DNA of 64,000 nt from assembly GCF_001194135.2 (NCBI RefSeq), contig NC_068993.1:60081904-60145903 (forward strand). The letters are read 5' to 3'. Origin of the DNA: Octopus bimaculoides. Its lineage: Eukaryota. The notes under the pieces are model-generated. The model saw nothing but the letters and a program-made list of their open reading frames with translations, did no database searches and had not been told where the DNA came from. Shown here one piece after another: positions 11,794 to 23,768 of the stretch (the first letter of the stretch is position 1; each line of letters opens with the position of its first letter). The position numbers were made by a program, and so were the translations under genes.

Positions 11794-11894
11794 GTGGGCA
11801 TATTTTTTTTTTTTTAGCTTTTTATGCAATTTTACACAATTGTTTTACATGATTACTTATGTAAATCTAGCCAACTGAATGACTTGCCCGGAGC

Positions 11895-12250
11895 AATGTA
11901 AGTCTTCCTCGCAAAATGTCCTGATCTTCAACAGAAGTCTTCATATCTTCGTCTTATTTATCTACATCCAGTATCTTCCACAAATTGGTCGACTTACACT
12001 GTTTTTTTGGTATGCTAGTACCTGTATATCAATGCGTGCGTCTCCAGAGAAGTAGATATTTCATCCTTGTGTGTCCTGAGTACCGAGGTGATTGTAGGAA
12101 GACTGCCATACAGTCGCTACCATACTGATTATTTATGTTCATATACAGAATATCCTTCATTTTTTTTTTGTCGCCAACACCTGCAACGTCATTGCGGCCA
12201 ACTTGTATCTCTTGCATAATCATCGGTAGAATAGAGAGACGAGACTAGCA
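11895..12250 (-). mobile_element. Highly decayed RTE-type LINE ORF2 C-terminus
   Basis: Minus-strand translation with stops gives RLYGSLPTITSVLRTHKDEIS...VDQFVEDTGC...MKTSVEDQDILRGRL. This resembles the RTE C-terminal LYGxLPxIT...YxDQLxEDTG...AMEDRxxWR pattern. Confidence 0.5.
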
Positions 12251-13080
12251 TGCATGGACAACTGTCAGTCTTCTTCAGAACATCTTTACAAGGCTTGACT
12301 TTACTTGTACTGATGTATGGTCAATCTTGACCGACGGAAGCTCCATATTTAGAATTGACGTAATGCAGTAATGGCAAACAGTCTTCGTGACACCAGACAT
12401 TATTACCATTAACGATTTAGGATTTGGTAAATACACACACCACAATTTAGATTGCTAAGGGCACAATTAGATAATTGGCTGGCAAACATGAGTAGAATTC
12501 AAAAGGTAAGTAACGATTGGCTATTTATAAAGGAATACATATTTAGTTATCCATCCAAAGTTCGGAACCTCTGTGTCTAAAGGAAATCACCAAGGAATAA
12601 ACTGACCAGTGAGTTAGTTCAAACATCCAACCCGAGAGTATAGAATAGAGATTGGAAAATAGGATGTGGAGTGAGGGAGAAGAAGAGAGGGGATAAAAGA
12701 GAGACAGAAATATTTATTTTCAGACAATTTTGTTGAACAAGCGGTTGACAAATGGATGCTCAACCAGGCGAAATTAGCCGCTAAATCTCCACAAATCACA
12801 CCCTCTTATATAGTTCCTTATACACAAACGACGGGGTTGACATATATGGAAAACCTTTTATCACAATATATATATACATATATATATATATATACATATA
12901 TATATATTAGTTTTTTGGCTACGACTGATCTGACAGTAGAATAGAACAGTAATGTTTACTTTCAGCCAAAGAGAGAAGACTTCTACGCAGATGCGAAACA
13001 TACTTCATATAGCAATCAAATTTCTCTCAAATCATACTCTAATGTCTTAAACTATAAAAACGATACATAGATGTCTGAAA

Positions 13081-13295
13081 GGATGAAAGGCAAAGTCGAC
13101 CTCGGCGGAATTTGAACACAGAACGTAAAGACAGACGAAATACCGCTAAGCATTTCGCCCGGCGCGCAAACNNNNNNNNNNGGATGAAAGGCAAAGTCGA
13201 CCTCGGCGGAATTTGAACTCAGAACGTAACAGCAGACGAAATACCGCTAAGCATTTCGCTCGGCGTGCTAACGTTTCTACCAGCTCACCGCCCTT
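13081..13295 (-). mobile_element. tRNA-derived SINE family A, two overlapping partial copies flanking a 10-N gap
   Basis: Minus strand GGCGGTGAGCTGGTAGAAACG (A box) ... GAGTTCAAATTCC (B box) ... GTCGACTTTGCCTTTCATCC. Confidence 0.85.
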
Positions 13296-13346
13296 ACGTT
13301 GTGCGTAATATTACTGACAGAATCCCCCTCTCGAAATACAATGGAT

Positions 13347-13382
<36 letters not shown>

Positions 13383-14954
13383 AGGTTGCATTATCACAAA
13401 TATCTTATGAACGCTTACGTGGAACTGAGTAACAATCTGTGTAGATTTTTTGAAGGCTTTGATAAAATAGTATTTTACTGGACCTTTAGTACGTATGTAC
13501 TATTTTCCCACCTTTTTCCACCTGTCTTTACGTGTGNNNNNNNNNNNNNNNNNNNNNNNNNNNNNNNNNNNNNNNNNNNNNNNNNNNNNNNNNNNNNNNN
13601 NNNNNNNNNNNNNNNNNNNNNNNNNATATATATACTTTTGCACGTATGTATGTATATATGTAGGTTAAGCATTTATGTATGCATTACAGATTTACAGATA
13701 CGACTCAGTGTACAGCATAACTTGTACATCTTCAAACGTAATGAACTGTACATAGTCGATATTCACACCTGGATATTCACAATTGAACCAGCGAGATTTC
13801 AGTTCGTCTTTCCTAGAAACGCAGTGCAGAGATGATGGTAAGAGAGGATTCTATCATAATTCCGTCAACATGCAGACATACTTACGGCACAGCCAGCTGC
13901 GACTCTCCAAGAACAATGGGTTTTGCATTAAATCTAATCATTTTCTCTCCATCACTATTAATACCTCCACCCTCACACATATATACACACTCGCACAGTC
14001 TCTCTCCCTCTCTCTATCTAGTTATCTCTCCCTTTGTTTAACCGTTCCTGCTTTACTAAATACATACATGTATACATACACACATACATACAGACAGACA
14101 CACAGACAATTTACACATACATAAATACATACATAGACGCATATACAGAATTAGATATCTATACATACAAATGCATAATTATATTAATATATAAGTGCTT
14201 GTGTGTGCGCGGGTGTATGCCTATACATACATACTTGCATATACACACGCACGCACATACACACACTCATACACACACAAGCAGCCAACGAACGGATAAG
14301 TCAACGTGTCTATTGTGTATATTATATACTATGAATAGCTAACAGATATCGCAATGCTCTCTCTCTGCAAAGGATGTATATCACATAATTATATTTAGTT
14401 GACACCACGATATCCAGCAGACGTGTGAAATGTCTTAACAAATCATATGTCGCTAAATGTATGGCATTAATAATTGACAAGAACGGAGTGACTGAGAGAG
14501 AGAGACAGAGAGANNNNNNNNNNAGAGAGATAGAGAGAGAGAGAGAAAGAGAGAAGGAGCGTAGTGAGATAATGTGAAGCAGCAGAAATGGAAGGATGAG
14601 GAGGGAGAAGAAGGGGGAAAGGAACGAGGGAACAGATGGAGATGAAAGTAGAAAAAGGATAAATAAGTTTCATAGAGTGAAGGAGTCGATGAAAAAGGGA
14701 AGGGAATAAAATAGAAAGTTTTATAATGTAAAAGGGGTGAAGGTTTCGATTCCCAGCTGGAGTTTGTATTACTTCACTTAAAAATTGGGGACTTCTATTG
14801 CGTCGAAATATTTTACTTTGTATAAGGCATGAACCTCACAACATCTTATTCTGGTTAAGCAAACGAAAATCATCATTTATAATAAAATTCATTAATTGTA
14901 TTTAACTCTGTCAGGTGATATAATATATGTTTATGTACACGTTGCACACACAAA

Positions 14955-15360
14955 CGCTCCCAAACACTTGGTTCCGGGTTCAGTTCCACCACGTGGCACC
15001 TTGAGCAAATGTCGTCTACTATGGCCTCGGACCGCCTAAAGCTTTATGAGCGCATTTAGTGGATGGAAACTGAAAGATGCATATTATGTAGGTGTATGTG
15101 AGTATGTGAGTGTGTGTGTACGTGTGTGAGTGTGAGTGTGTGTTTGTGTGTACCTTTGCGTCTATGTTTGTCGTCTACTACCGCCTGGCAACTGGTGTTG
15201 GTGTGTTTACGTCTCTGTAACTCAGCGTTTCGGGGAGGAAAAAAAGACCGATAGAATAAGTACAGGGCTTCAGGAAAGAAGTTCTGGGGTGGAATCGTCT
15301 GACTAAAATTCATCAAGTTGATGCCCCAGCATGGCCACAGTCTAATGACAAACAAATAAA
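14955..15360 (+). mobile_element. Composite tRNA-derived SINE (B head, microsatellite, C tail), 5'-truncated
   Basis: GGTTCCGGGTTCAGTTCCACCACGTGGCACCTTGAGCAAATG head, then (TG)n, then GGTGTGTTTACGTC...CCAGCATGGCCACAGTC tail. Confidence 0.75.
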
Positions 15361-15517
15361 GGACTGTGTGGTAAGAAGCTTGCTTACCAACCACATGGTT
15401 CCGAGTTCAGTCCCACTGCATGGCACCTTGGGCAAATGCCTTCTACTATAGCTTCGGGCCGACCAAAGCCTTCTGAGTGGGTTTGGTAGATGGAAGCTGA
15501 AAGAAGCCTGTCGTATA

Positions 15518-15595
<78 letters not shown>

Positions 15596-15790
15596 TTTGT
15601 CCCCCACCCCAACATTACTTGACAACCGATGTTGGTGTGTTTACGTCCCCGTAACGTAGCGGTTCGGCAAAAGTGACCGATAGAAAAGTACTAGGCTTGC
15701 AAAGAATAAGTCCTGGAGTCAATTTGCTCGACAAAAGGCGGTGCTCCAGCATGGCCGCAGTCATATGACTGAAGGAAAAGAATAAAAGTA
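15361..15790 (+). mobile_element. Composite tRNA-derived SINE (B head, (TA)n(TG)n, C tail), near full length
   Basis: Head with CCGAGTTCAGTCCC B-box-like motif and a CORE-like GGCACCTTGGGCAAATG segment, central microsatellite, and tail ending CCAGCATGGCCGCAGTCATATGACTGAA. It lies directly head-to-tail with the previous copy. Confidence 0.85.
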
Positions 15791-15791
15791 T

Positions 15792-15822
<31 letters not shown>

Positions 15823-16165
15823 CATGTGTATGTGTGCGTGTGTGTGTGTAATTTAAATGGTTGTTAGGGACGGCTGTGTGTACCGTAAGCTTTATTTAGC
15901 ACGACGATCGTTTCGGCTTAGATCTGCGCTCTGTCTTCCCTTTCATTTATCTAAAATATATCAAACGTGCACCGAAGAATTCCTTACGTAGATCCTGCGA
16001 CGAAACTGCAGTAGTACGGATGACGTCTGGTAGTCATAAGTAGTGAACGTGCTCTCAAGGCACACTACTTGGGACATAACCGAAACAAAGTTAGGACACT
16101 ACGTTTTAAAGTCTCCTTTCTAAACTCTAATTTCAAATATAACCTACACATATATACATGTGTGC

Positions 16166-16197
<32 letters not shown>

Positions 16198-16223
16198 NNN
16201 NNNNNNNNNNNNNNNNNNNNNNN

Positions 16224-16289
<66 letters not shown>

Positions 16290-16311
16290 TGTGTATGTGT
16301 GTGTTTATTTT

Positions 16312-16505
16312 TTCCTTTTTATATGTTTGTCATTTGACTGCGGTCATGCTGGAGTACCACCTATAGTCGAACAGATCGATCCCAGGACTTATTCTTTGTA
16401 AGCCTGGTACTAATTCTATCAGTCTGTTTTACCGAACCGTTAAGTTACGGGGTCGTAAACACACCAAAATCGGTTGTCAAGCGATGATGAGGGACAAAGA
16501 CAGTA
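16312..16505 (-). mobile_element. SINE family C tail
   Basis: Reverse complement closely matches 15593-15785 (roughly 80% by eye). Confidence 0.85.
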
Positions 16506-19500
16506 TGTATATGTATGCATACATTCATATATACATGCACACACAATCGTCTGTCACACTCATGCACACACCGATCATCTGTCTGTGTATTGTAAGCATC
16601 TGTCTACCGCCCCCCCCTCCACTATATTCCATTTAGCTGACAACTTGAGTCTCCAGCCTCGCTCCATTCTTCCTCTTTGCAGAAGGACTGTACGACCCTT
16701 ACACATATTAAAACAGGATGTCTCTCTTCTGTACGATGTTCTCACTCTTCTGCTCTAAAGTGAAAGGCAGATGCTATGAAATATATTCACATCAAACGCT
16801 GCTTACATTNNNNNNNNNNNNNNNNNNNNNNNNNNNNNNNNNNNNNNNNNNNNNNNNNNNNNNNNNNNNNNNNNNNNNNNNNNNNNNNNNNNNNNNNNNN
16901 NNNNNNNNNNNNNNNNNNNNNNNNNNNNNNNNNNNNNNNNNNNNNNNNNNNNNNNNNNNNNNNNNNNNNNNNNNNNNNNNNNNNNNNNNNNNNNNNNNNN
17001 NNNNNNNNNNNNNNNNNNNNNNNNNNNNNNNNNNNNNNNNNNNNNNNNNNNNNNNNNNNNNNNNNNNNNNNNNNNNNNNNNNNNNNNNNNNNNNNNNNNN
17101 NNNNNNNNNNNNNNNNNNNNNNNNNNNNNNNNNNNNNNNNNNNNNNNNNNNNNNNNNNNNNNNNNNNNNNNNNNNNNNNNNNNNNNNNNNNNNNNNNNNN
17201 NNNNNNNNNNNNNNNNNNNNNNNNNNNNNNNNNNNNNNNNNNNNNNNNNNNNNNNNNNNNNNNNNNNNNNNNNNNNNNNNNNCCAAACTCATGTAGTCAA
17301 ACACTAATGTCAACAAACTTTGAAGATCACACACACAAAAGAAGAAGAAGAAGAAGAAGAAGAAGAAGAAGAAGAAGAAGAAGAAGAAGAAGAAGAAGAA
17401 GAAGAAGAAATGAATGGCACATCTACAAACCTGCATTTCTTAGAAATGCTTAGTGGTGACCAGTGTACACTATATCATTATATGAAATACAAAATATATC
17501 TGCGTATGCACACACACACACCACACACACACACTCATTTATACATAAGCATGCACACAGAGTAGATAGGGTATTGAGCCGACGATCATAATGTGGTTGA
17601 TTCGATTGGGTGAATGGGTGGCATATTGTGTCCTTTCTCGTTGCTACTGTCCACTCCACTGTAAATGGGCAAACCTGTCGATCGACTGACCTTCCGGTCA
17701 GGGGCGGGTGACACACTGGCTGGTCTGCTTGCCAGTTGGAATAATGCAAAGAGCACTGTAACCAGTAATGTGGTTGGTAAGCAAGCTACTTACCACACAG
17801 CCATTCCAACGCCATTACATATATATCAAAATTAATCAAAGGACATACCAAGTATGTCTACCTGCTGAAAATAGCATTCAAGATTCTTATTTAAATCGCC
17901 AAAATAAAAGTTTTTACTGTTATTTCCAGCAGGTAGACATACTTGATATGTCCTTTGATTAATTTAAATCCTGCAGCTACTTTTTAGGTGCCTGCAATCA
18001 CCTATATTATTCATTCTGGTATTATCATTTTTAAATTGTTATACTAGATAATAATAGATTCAATGATATCCTCGCAAATTATTTTTCTCATGAATTATTT
18101 GCTCCGTACTGAAATTATATACATACATTATATATATATGTTTCTATGTATTCATTCTAATACACGGGTGTGATGTATTGGAATAAGTAAATCGGAATTG
18201 AACTGCCCAAGGATGAGTGATTCACATAGAGAAGCAAGCTTGCTTCTTCAATGTTGGTGCAGACTCATTCTGTGCTGGGTTTTCTGTTTAGCACTAGATC
18301 GGTGATTGTTTTTTTACCTCCCGGTTTTATTTTCAGAATATGTAGTCAACTTTTGAAATCATCAAACGTTTACCACAAATAATCTGATTTTACAGTAAGA
18401 AGTGGAAAGCATCGAAAAAAAATATATATAATAATTGAAGTTCGAAACAAAAAGACCATAAAAGAATGCAGAAATTAATGCTCCAATAAATACAGAGGCT
18501 ACAACAAAAATAAGAACAGTTTTTGTTTTAGGCGTAAAATGTCTGATAGTAAAACGAAAAATAATTACAAAAAAGTAGAGAAATGATAAAAGAAAACGTT
18601 GAAAAATATGAGTAAAACAACCAGCGAGCATTTCTGATTCCCATCATGCATTTCGTGGCGTTAATGGGGATAGTAGTGTCAGAACACGTGACCAGACCAT
18701 TAACTTTGACATATTCCGGGAGTCTAGTCTTGGGTATCTATAGAAAGCGATTGAAAGAAAAACTGTGACGCATTCGCTCTCCGCAACTGCATTCACATGC
18801 ATATAGACATGCATAAACATGTTCACTAACAAACACATACACACATACATACACACACACACGTATTATTCATACATATAGATGCATATATTCAGTCACG
18901 AGCACAGTTACTCCATTACATAGCTCCGTATGAAATCAAATACACTATCGCATTTTTAAACAGAAATACACTAAAATACAAACACACATACATACACACA
19001 TACACACACAATACACACACACACACACGCACATATATATAATATATGTGTGTGTATATGCATATACACATACAGAGAGAGTAAGAGAGCGAGAAAGAGA
19101 GACGCTCGTGTGCACTCAAATACTATATATATCTTCAGCCATCCAAACTTGCATACATACACAAACAAATGCACACACAGACACACACACATATATACAC
19201 ACATACATACACTCATAGACCTGCATACGCATACTCACGCACACACACATCTCTATACATAAATACACGCATAAACATTGCCTAACTATCTAACATACAC
19301 ACACATATCTGGACAGAAGCAAAGAAATATTCAGTCCAAAATGGCGAATTTTTAATCACGTGTTTTTGGCGTCACTACCATTAGCACAATCGAATGGCCT
19401 GATGGGAATGACACTTGCAGACGATTGGGTTTCACTGTAGAAACATCATTTACGCCTATAATTTCATAAGTCCTTATTAATTGACATATTTTTCTTTCCC

Positions 19501-21011
19501 TTCCATTACATTTAGCCACCGTCGCTCTTTTATCTTCTCACACTTTCACTACGCAGCACCACACAGCCCCATACAGAGCAGCCATTACCCAATACCATCA
19601 CTAACACCTTCCTCCAATCACCACCGCCATCAGCACCACTCCCACCGTCAACCATTAACCACCACCATCACCACCGCCACCACCACTAACACCTCCACCT
19701 CCTGTACCATCGACACCTTCCAATGATACCATCATCAGCTCGACCACTAATAATGCCTCAACCACCACCACCTCTATTATCGACAACACCGCCATCACAT
19801 CCATGATGATGATGATGATGATATCAGCAACAACAACGGCATCGTTCCGCACCACCACCATCACCACTACCAGCAAACTCACCGTCATCTGCTCAGCCAC
19901 CGACCCCCAAACCATTGACACCATCCCCATCTTCACCATCATCAAATGACATACTTACCAGCAGTTTTTGTTCTTTTTGACGATGTTGTTGTCGTTGACG
20001 ACGATGATGATGAGAAGGATGAGGGTGATGATGACTATGGGGATGATAGTGATGACGGTGATGATGACGATGATAATGATGATGTTACTGTTGATTGTTG
20101 TTGTTGTTATGTGCCAAGTCAGTCATAATTAAACAAACATACGATCAAAACCCTTCCAAACGTAACTAAGCCCTTTTCCCCTTTCACAGTCGTATCCAGG
20201 ACAACGTAAGACAGTTTACGTCCTTCATTTTTTTTTTTGTAACACTTCGTAGTATTATACGAGGGGACTTAGCAGCTATTTCCGCCGAGCCGAGCGTCGA
20301 CGTAGCGATACTTTCATTGTCTTCTATCCACGGAGTCACCATGCTGTGTTGATGCTATCGCAGACATTATTCTTGTTGTTCTTGTAACAGTCACTGTATA
20401 TTATTTCGCTTGGTGTTGTTGTTAGGATCATCAGTCATCAACATAAAGTCGTTCGGCGCACGAGATGCTTCTTTTCGTTCTGTTGTTGGTGTCCTTTCGT
20501 TCTGTTGTTGGTGTCCTTTCGTTCTGTTGTGTAGTCATCGTTGTTGTTGTTATTCGAATTACTGTTGACATTTTTGTTGCTATTATCGTTGAGTGTTGTC
20601 ACCCTTGCGTTTTTCTAGCAGTTTCTTTTAATATTGTTGCTAGTATTTTGTTGACAGGAGTGGTGATGATGAAGATGACGATAGTAATGATGACGATGAT
20701 GACGATGATGATGATCATCATCATAATAATACTGTGCTATTATTTGTATTAATGGTGTTGTGTCGTTTATATTTCTGTTAATGTTCTTGTGGTTATTGAA
20801 GATTTACTTCAATAATTTTTGCTTGGTTCCGATATTTTCACACATTATGGCTACTTTATTTCCCACCAACCCATTTCCATTTAGCCTCCCTCATTGGTCA
20901 CATTCCCATTGAAGCTGCTTTACTAAACCAATCAAACCTATTGACTATCACACACAGACACACTGAAAGAGAGATTTTGTGTATGTATGTATGTATGTAT
21001 GTATGTATCTA

Positions 21012-21062
<51 letters not shown>

Positions 21063-21388
21063 TAAATCTACATACACACACACACACATACACACACACA
21101 CACATATATANNNNNNNNNNNNNNNNNNNNNNNNNNNNNNNNNNNNNNNNNNNNNNNNNNNNNNNNNNNNNNNNNNNNNNNNNNNNNNNNNNNNNNTATA
21201 TATATACATATATATACATATGTATATTAGTATATGTGTATGTATATGTGTGTGTGTGTGTGTGCATTCGACTGTTACCCCTCCCTGACATTGCTGGCCA
21301 TCTATCGAGCTTTGAAGCAACTATTATATTTGGTTGCTTTTTTTGAAATTTACCAGAAATCCATTCATTTCTAACGAATCGTTTAAGG

Positions 21389-21620
21389 CAGTGGTTCTCA
21401 AACATTTTTTTTTACCTGTGGGTCCCTTTGATTCATGTCGCATCCTACTGGATACCTATAGTCATTCTATGTTTGAAAAGATTCCTACGATGTTACCATG
21501 CTTAAATATTATTAGGCATTGCGTTTTGTGAATTGTGTAACCAATTTATGGCACATACACGGACAGCAAAATCTTACATGGACCCTCAAGGGTTATATGG
21601 ACCCAGGTTGGGATGCACTG
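21389..21620. mobile_element. Complete 232-bp hAT (Charlie-like) MITE
   Basis: Termini CAGTGGTTCTCAAAC ... GTTGGGATGCACTG form imperfect TIRs. The 8-bp target-site duplication is GTTTAAGG (21381-21388) / CTTTAAGG (21621-21628), with one mismatch. Confidence 0.8.
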
Positions 21621-22089
21621 CTTTAAGGTGATTGAATCAGTCTCAATAAATTACTGGTATATATTGAACTTAATCCATGAGAGTGAGATGAACAGCAATG
21701 AGAACACTAACAAGATTTGATCTCAGTTCATAGTCAAACGTCAATCAATGACGGTAGATATTTCATCTAGTTCTATAGAATATTAATGATTAACTGTGGG
21801 AGAACTGACCAACTGCTGTCATTTGATTTTCTGATACGATGGCATCCAAGAATACATTATGCAAATGAGCCAATATGGAAGACTATGCTACCGCACGGCT
21901 TCTTAATCTCCCTCATATCATATCTTACCGTCTTTAGGAGGAAAATGACACATTGGTTAATGTAATCCCGAACATATTCTCAACAGAAAGATGTGATGGT
22001 CATAGTTGGGATACTTTTGACTATAGAACCACTCGATCAGTGTTGACCTGGGGTAAATAATACCACCCAATGTGTCATATGTAGATATG

Positions 22090-22138
<49 letters not shown>

Positions 22139-22888
22139 GGGGAGAGAGAAAGAGAGAGAAAGAGAGAGCGAGAGTTTGCAGATGCTTTATCTCAGAATTA
22201 CATTACCAAATGTGTCCTTCCTGTTCATAAGACGTTTGTGTAATTTAGGAGATATTTTTACCTGTTCTAATTTACCTGCTGAACGACCACAGCTTCCATT
22301 TTGTTCAAAAGCGTAAGCAATGTTTTTGCCATTTAATCCCTGGTTAACTAATAACAAACTTAGTTTAATTGTCAAATTTAGAGATTATCAGCTAAAGCCG
22401 CAAAGAGAATCCATTAAAATTAGTTGAGATGATTAGATTAAGCTTCTACTCTGCATTTCGTGATAAAAGAATGATTTTCACTATTTAATCAAGTGGAATG
22501 AAATCGAAACACATAATGCTAGAATTCAGAATGACCTCAAACTTCGACACGCTATTATCGTTGCTTTTTAACCAGACATCTTCCCTGTTTTAGCAGACCC
22601 CGATGATGAAAAGTATCCAAGTAGAAGCATTCGAAACTTCTGCTGTTGTCTAGATTTTGTTTCCCACCGACTACATTATTCAATTTGTTTTTCTCTTTTT
22701 ATGACAGTATTGTGTAATTTGAAAGACATTTGGCAGTCATTTCTAATAGATTGAGCGACCATATATAAGTTATTGTGTCGTCTGCTCAATCAAAGAGTCG
22801 TAGAATGTCATTATGGCACATAGGTGACTTTCAGATGACATCGTGTAATTATTTAGGGAGGTGTTAAATGAGGTCTTCTAAGGAGGCA

Positions 22889-23315
22889 CAGGTCTGGCTG
22901 TGTGGTTACGTAGTTCACTTTGCAACCACGTCGTTATAAGTTCAAGCCCAATCTCTTCTACTGGGCCTATCAATACCTTATGAGTGAATTTGTGAGATAG
23001 AAAGTGTATGGAAGCCCGTGGAATATACAGAGATATAGAAAAATTGATATTTGTTACACATGTATCATCTATGTAAGCATGTATGTATAACGAGTATTTA
23101 TATTTTTTGTTTGTGTTGGTTTCCCACCACCACTTCACACCCGGTGTTGGTTTGTATACGTCCCCGTAAGTCAGCGGTTCGGTTAAGAAGACCGATAGAA
23201 TAAGTACCAGACTTCAAGAAAAAAAAAAAAAAAGTACCGGGTCGATTTGTTCGGCTGAACACTTTAAGGGGTGCTCCTGCATGGGCGCAATCCAATGAAT
23301 GGAGCAAGTAAAAGT
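22889..23315 (+). mobile_element. Degenerate composite SINE (B head plus C tail)
   Basis: GGCTGTGTGGTT...AGTTCAAGCCC head, then GTATACGTCCCCGTAAGTCAGCGGTTCGG...GACCGATAGAATAAGTACCAG tail. Confidence 0.7.
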
Positions 23316-23634
23316 TATAATTTCAGTCTTATATAGCTGACTGTTTTTTTTATTTCATTGATATCAGCAAAAAGGAAAAGAAAAGTTCACACCGGTAGGA
23401 TTAGAAATCAGACTATAACGGACAATAAATAAATGCCACAGAGCATCTTTTCTGATGCTCTACCGAGTCTGCAAATCCACCAAGATGGAATGGTATTGTT
23501 TCTCACTACATTCACATAACGTTCTTCCCTCCCTTAACCACACCGTTCAATTGCAGATTAACCAACAATAAATTTAACCCCAACTGATCCCGTTAAGTCT
23601 TGTAACGTTTATTAAGATGTAAAATATAAATACT

Positions 23635-23735
23635 GAAAATAGAAATAATACATTTCTAAATCTCTCAGAGATTATTACGTGTTATTGCTGTTTAAATCTC
23701 TCTGAGAGATTTAGAAATGTATTATTTCTATTTTC
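23635..23735. repeat. Perfect 37-bp inverted repeat with 27-nt loop
   Basis: Arms 23635-23671 and 23699-23735 are exact reverse complements. Confidence 0.9.
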
Positions 23736-23768
23736 GAAATCAGTGAATGTATTTCACTTGAATTATTA

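Noticed and set aside
17320-17410. Poly-Glu/poly-Arg/poly-Lys ORFs (also 60694-60762)
   Set aside because: They are translations of pure (GAA)n microsatellites adjacent to gaps.
18362-18631. Hydrophobic 89-aa minus ORF resembling a membrane protein
   Set aside because: Phe/Ile/Leu richness follows from the A-rich opposite strand. There is no domain or splice support.
22590-22650. CCGATGATGAAAAG...CATTCGAAACTTCTGCTG as a hammerhead
   Set aside because: It needs several simultaneous changes in the core, stem II and stem III, which is not distinguishable from chance.
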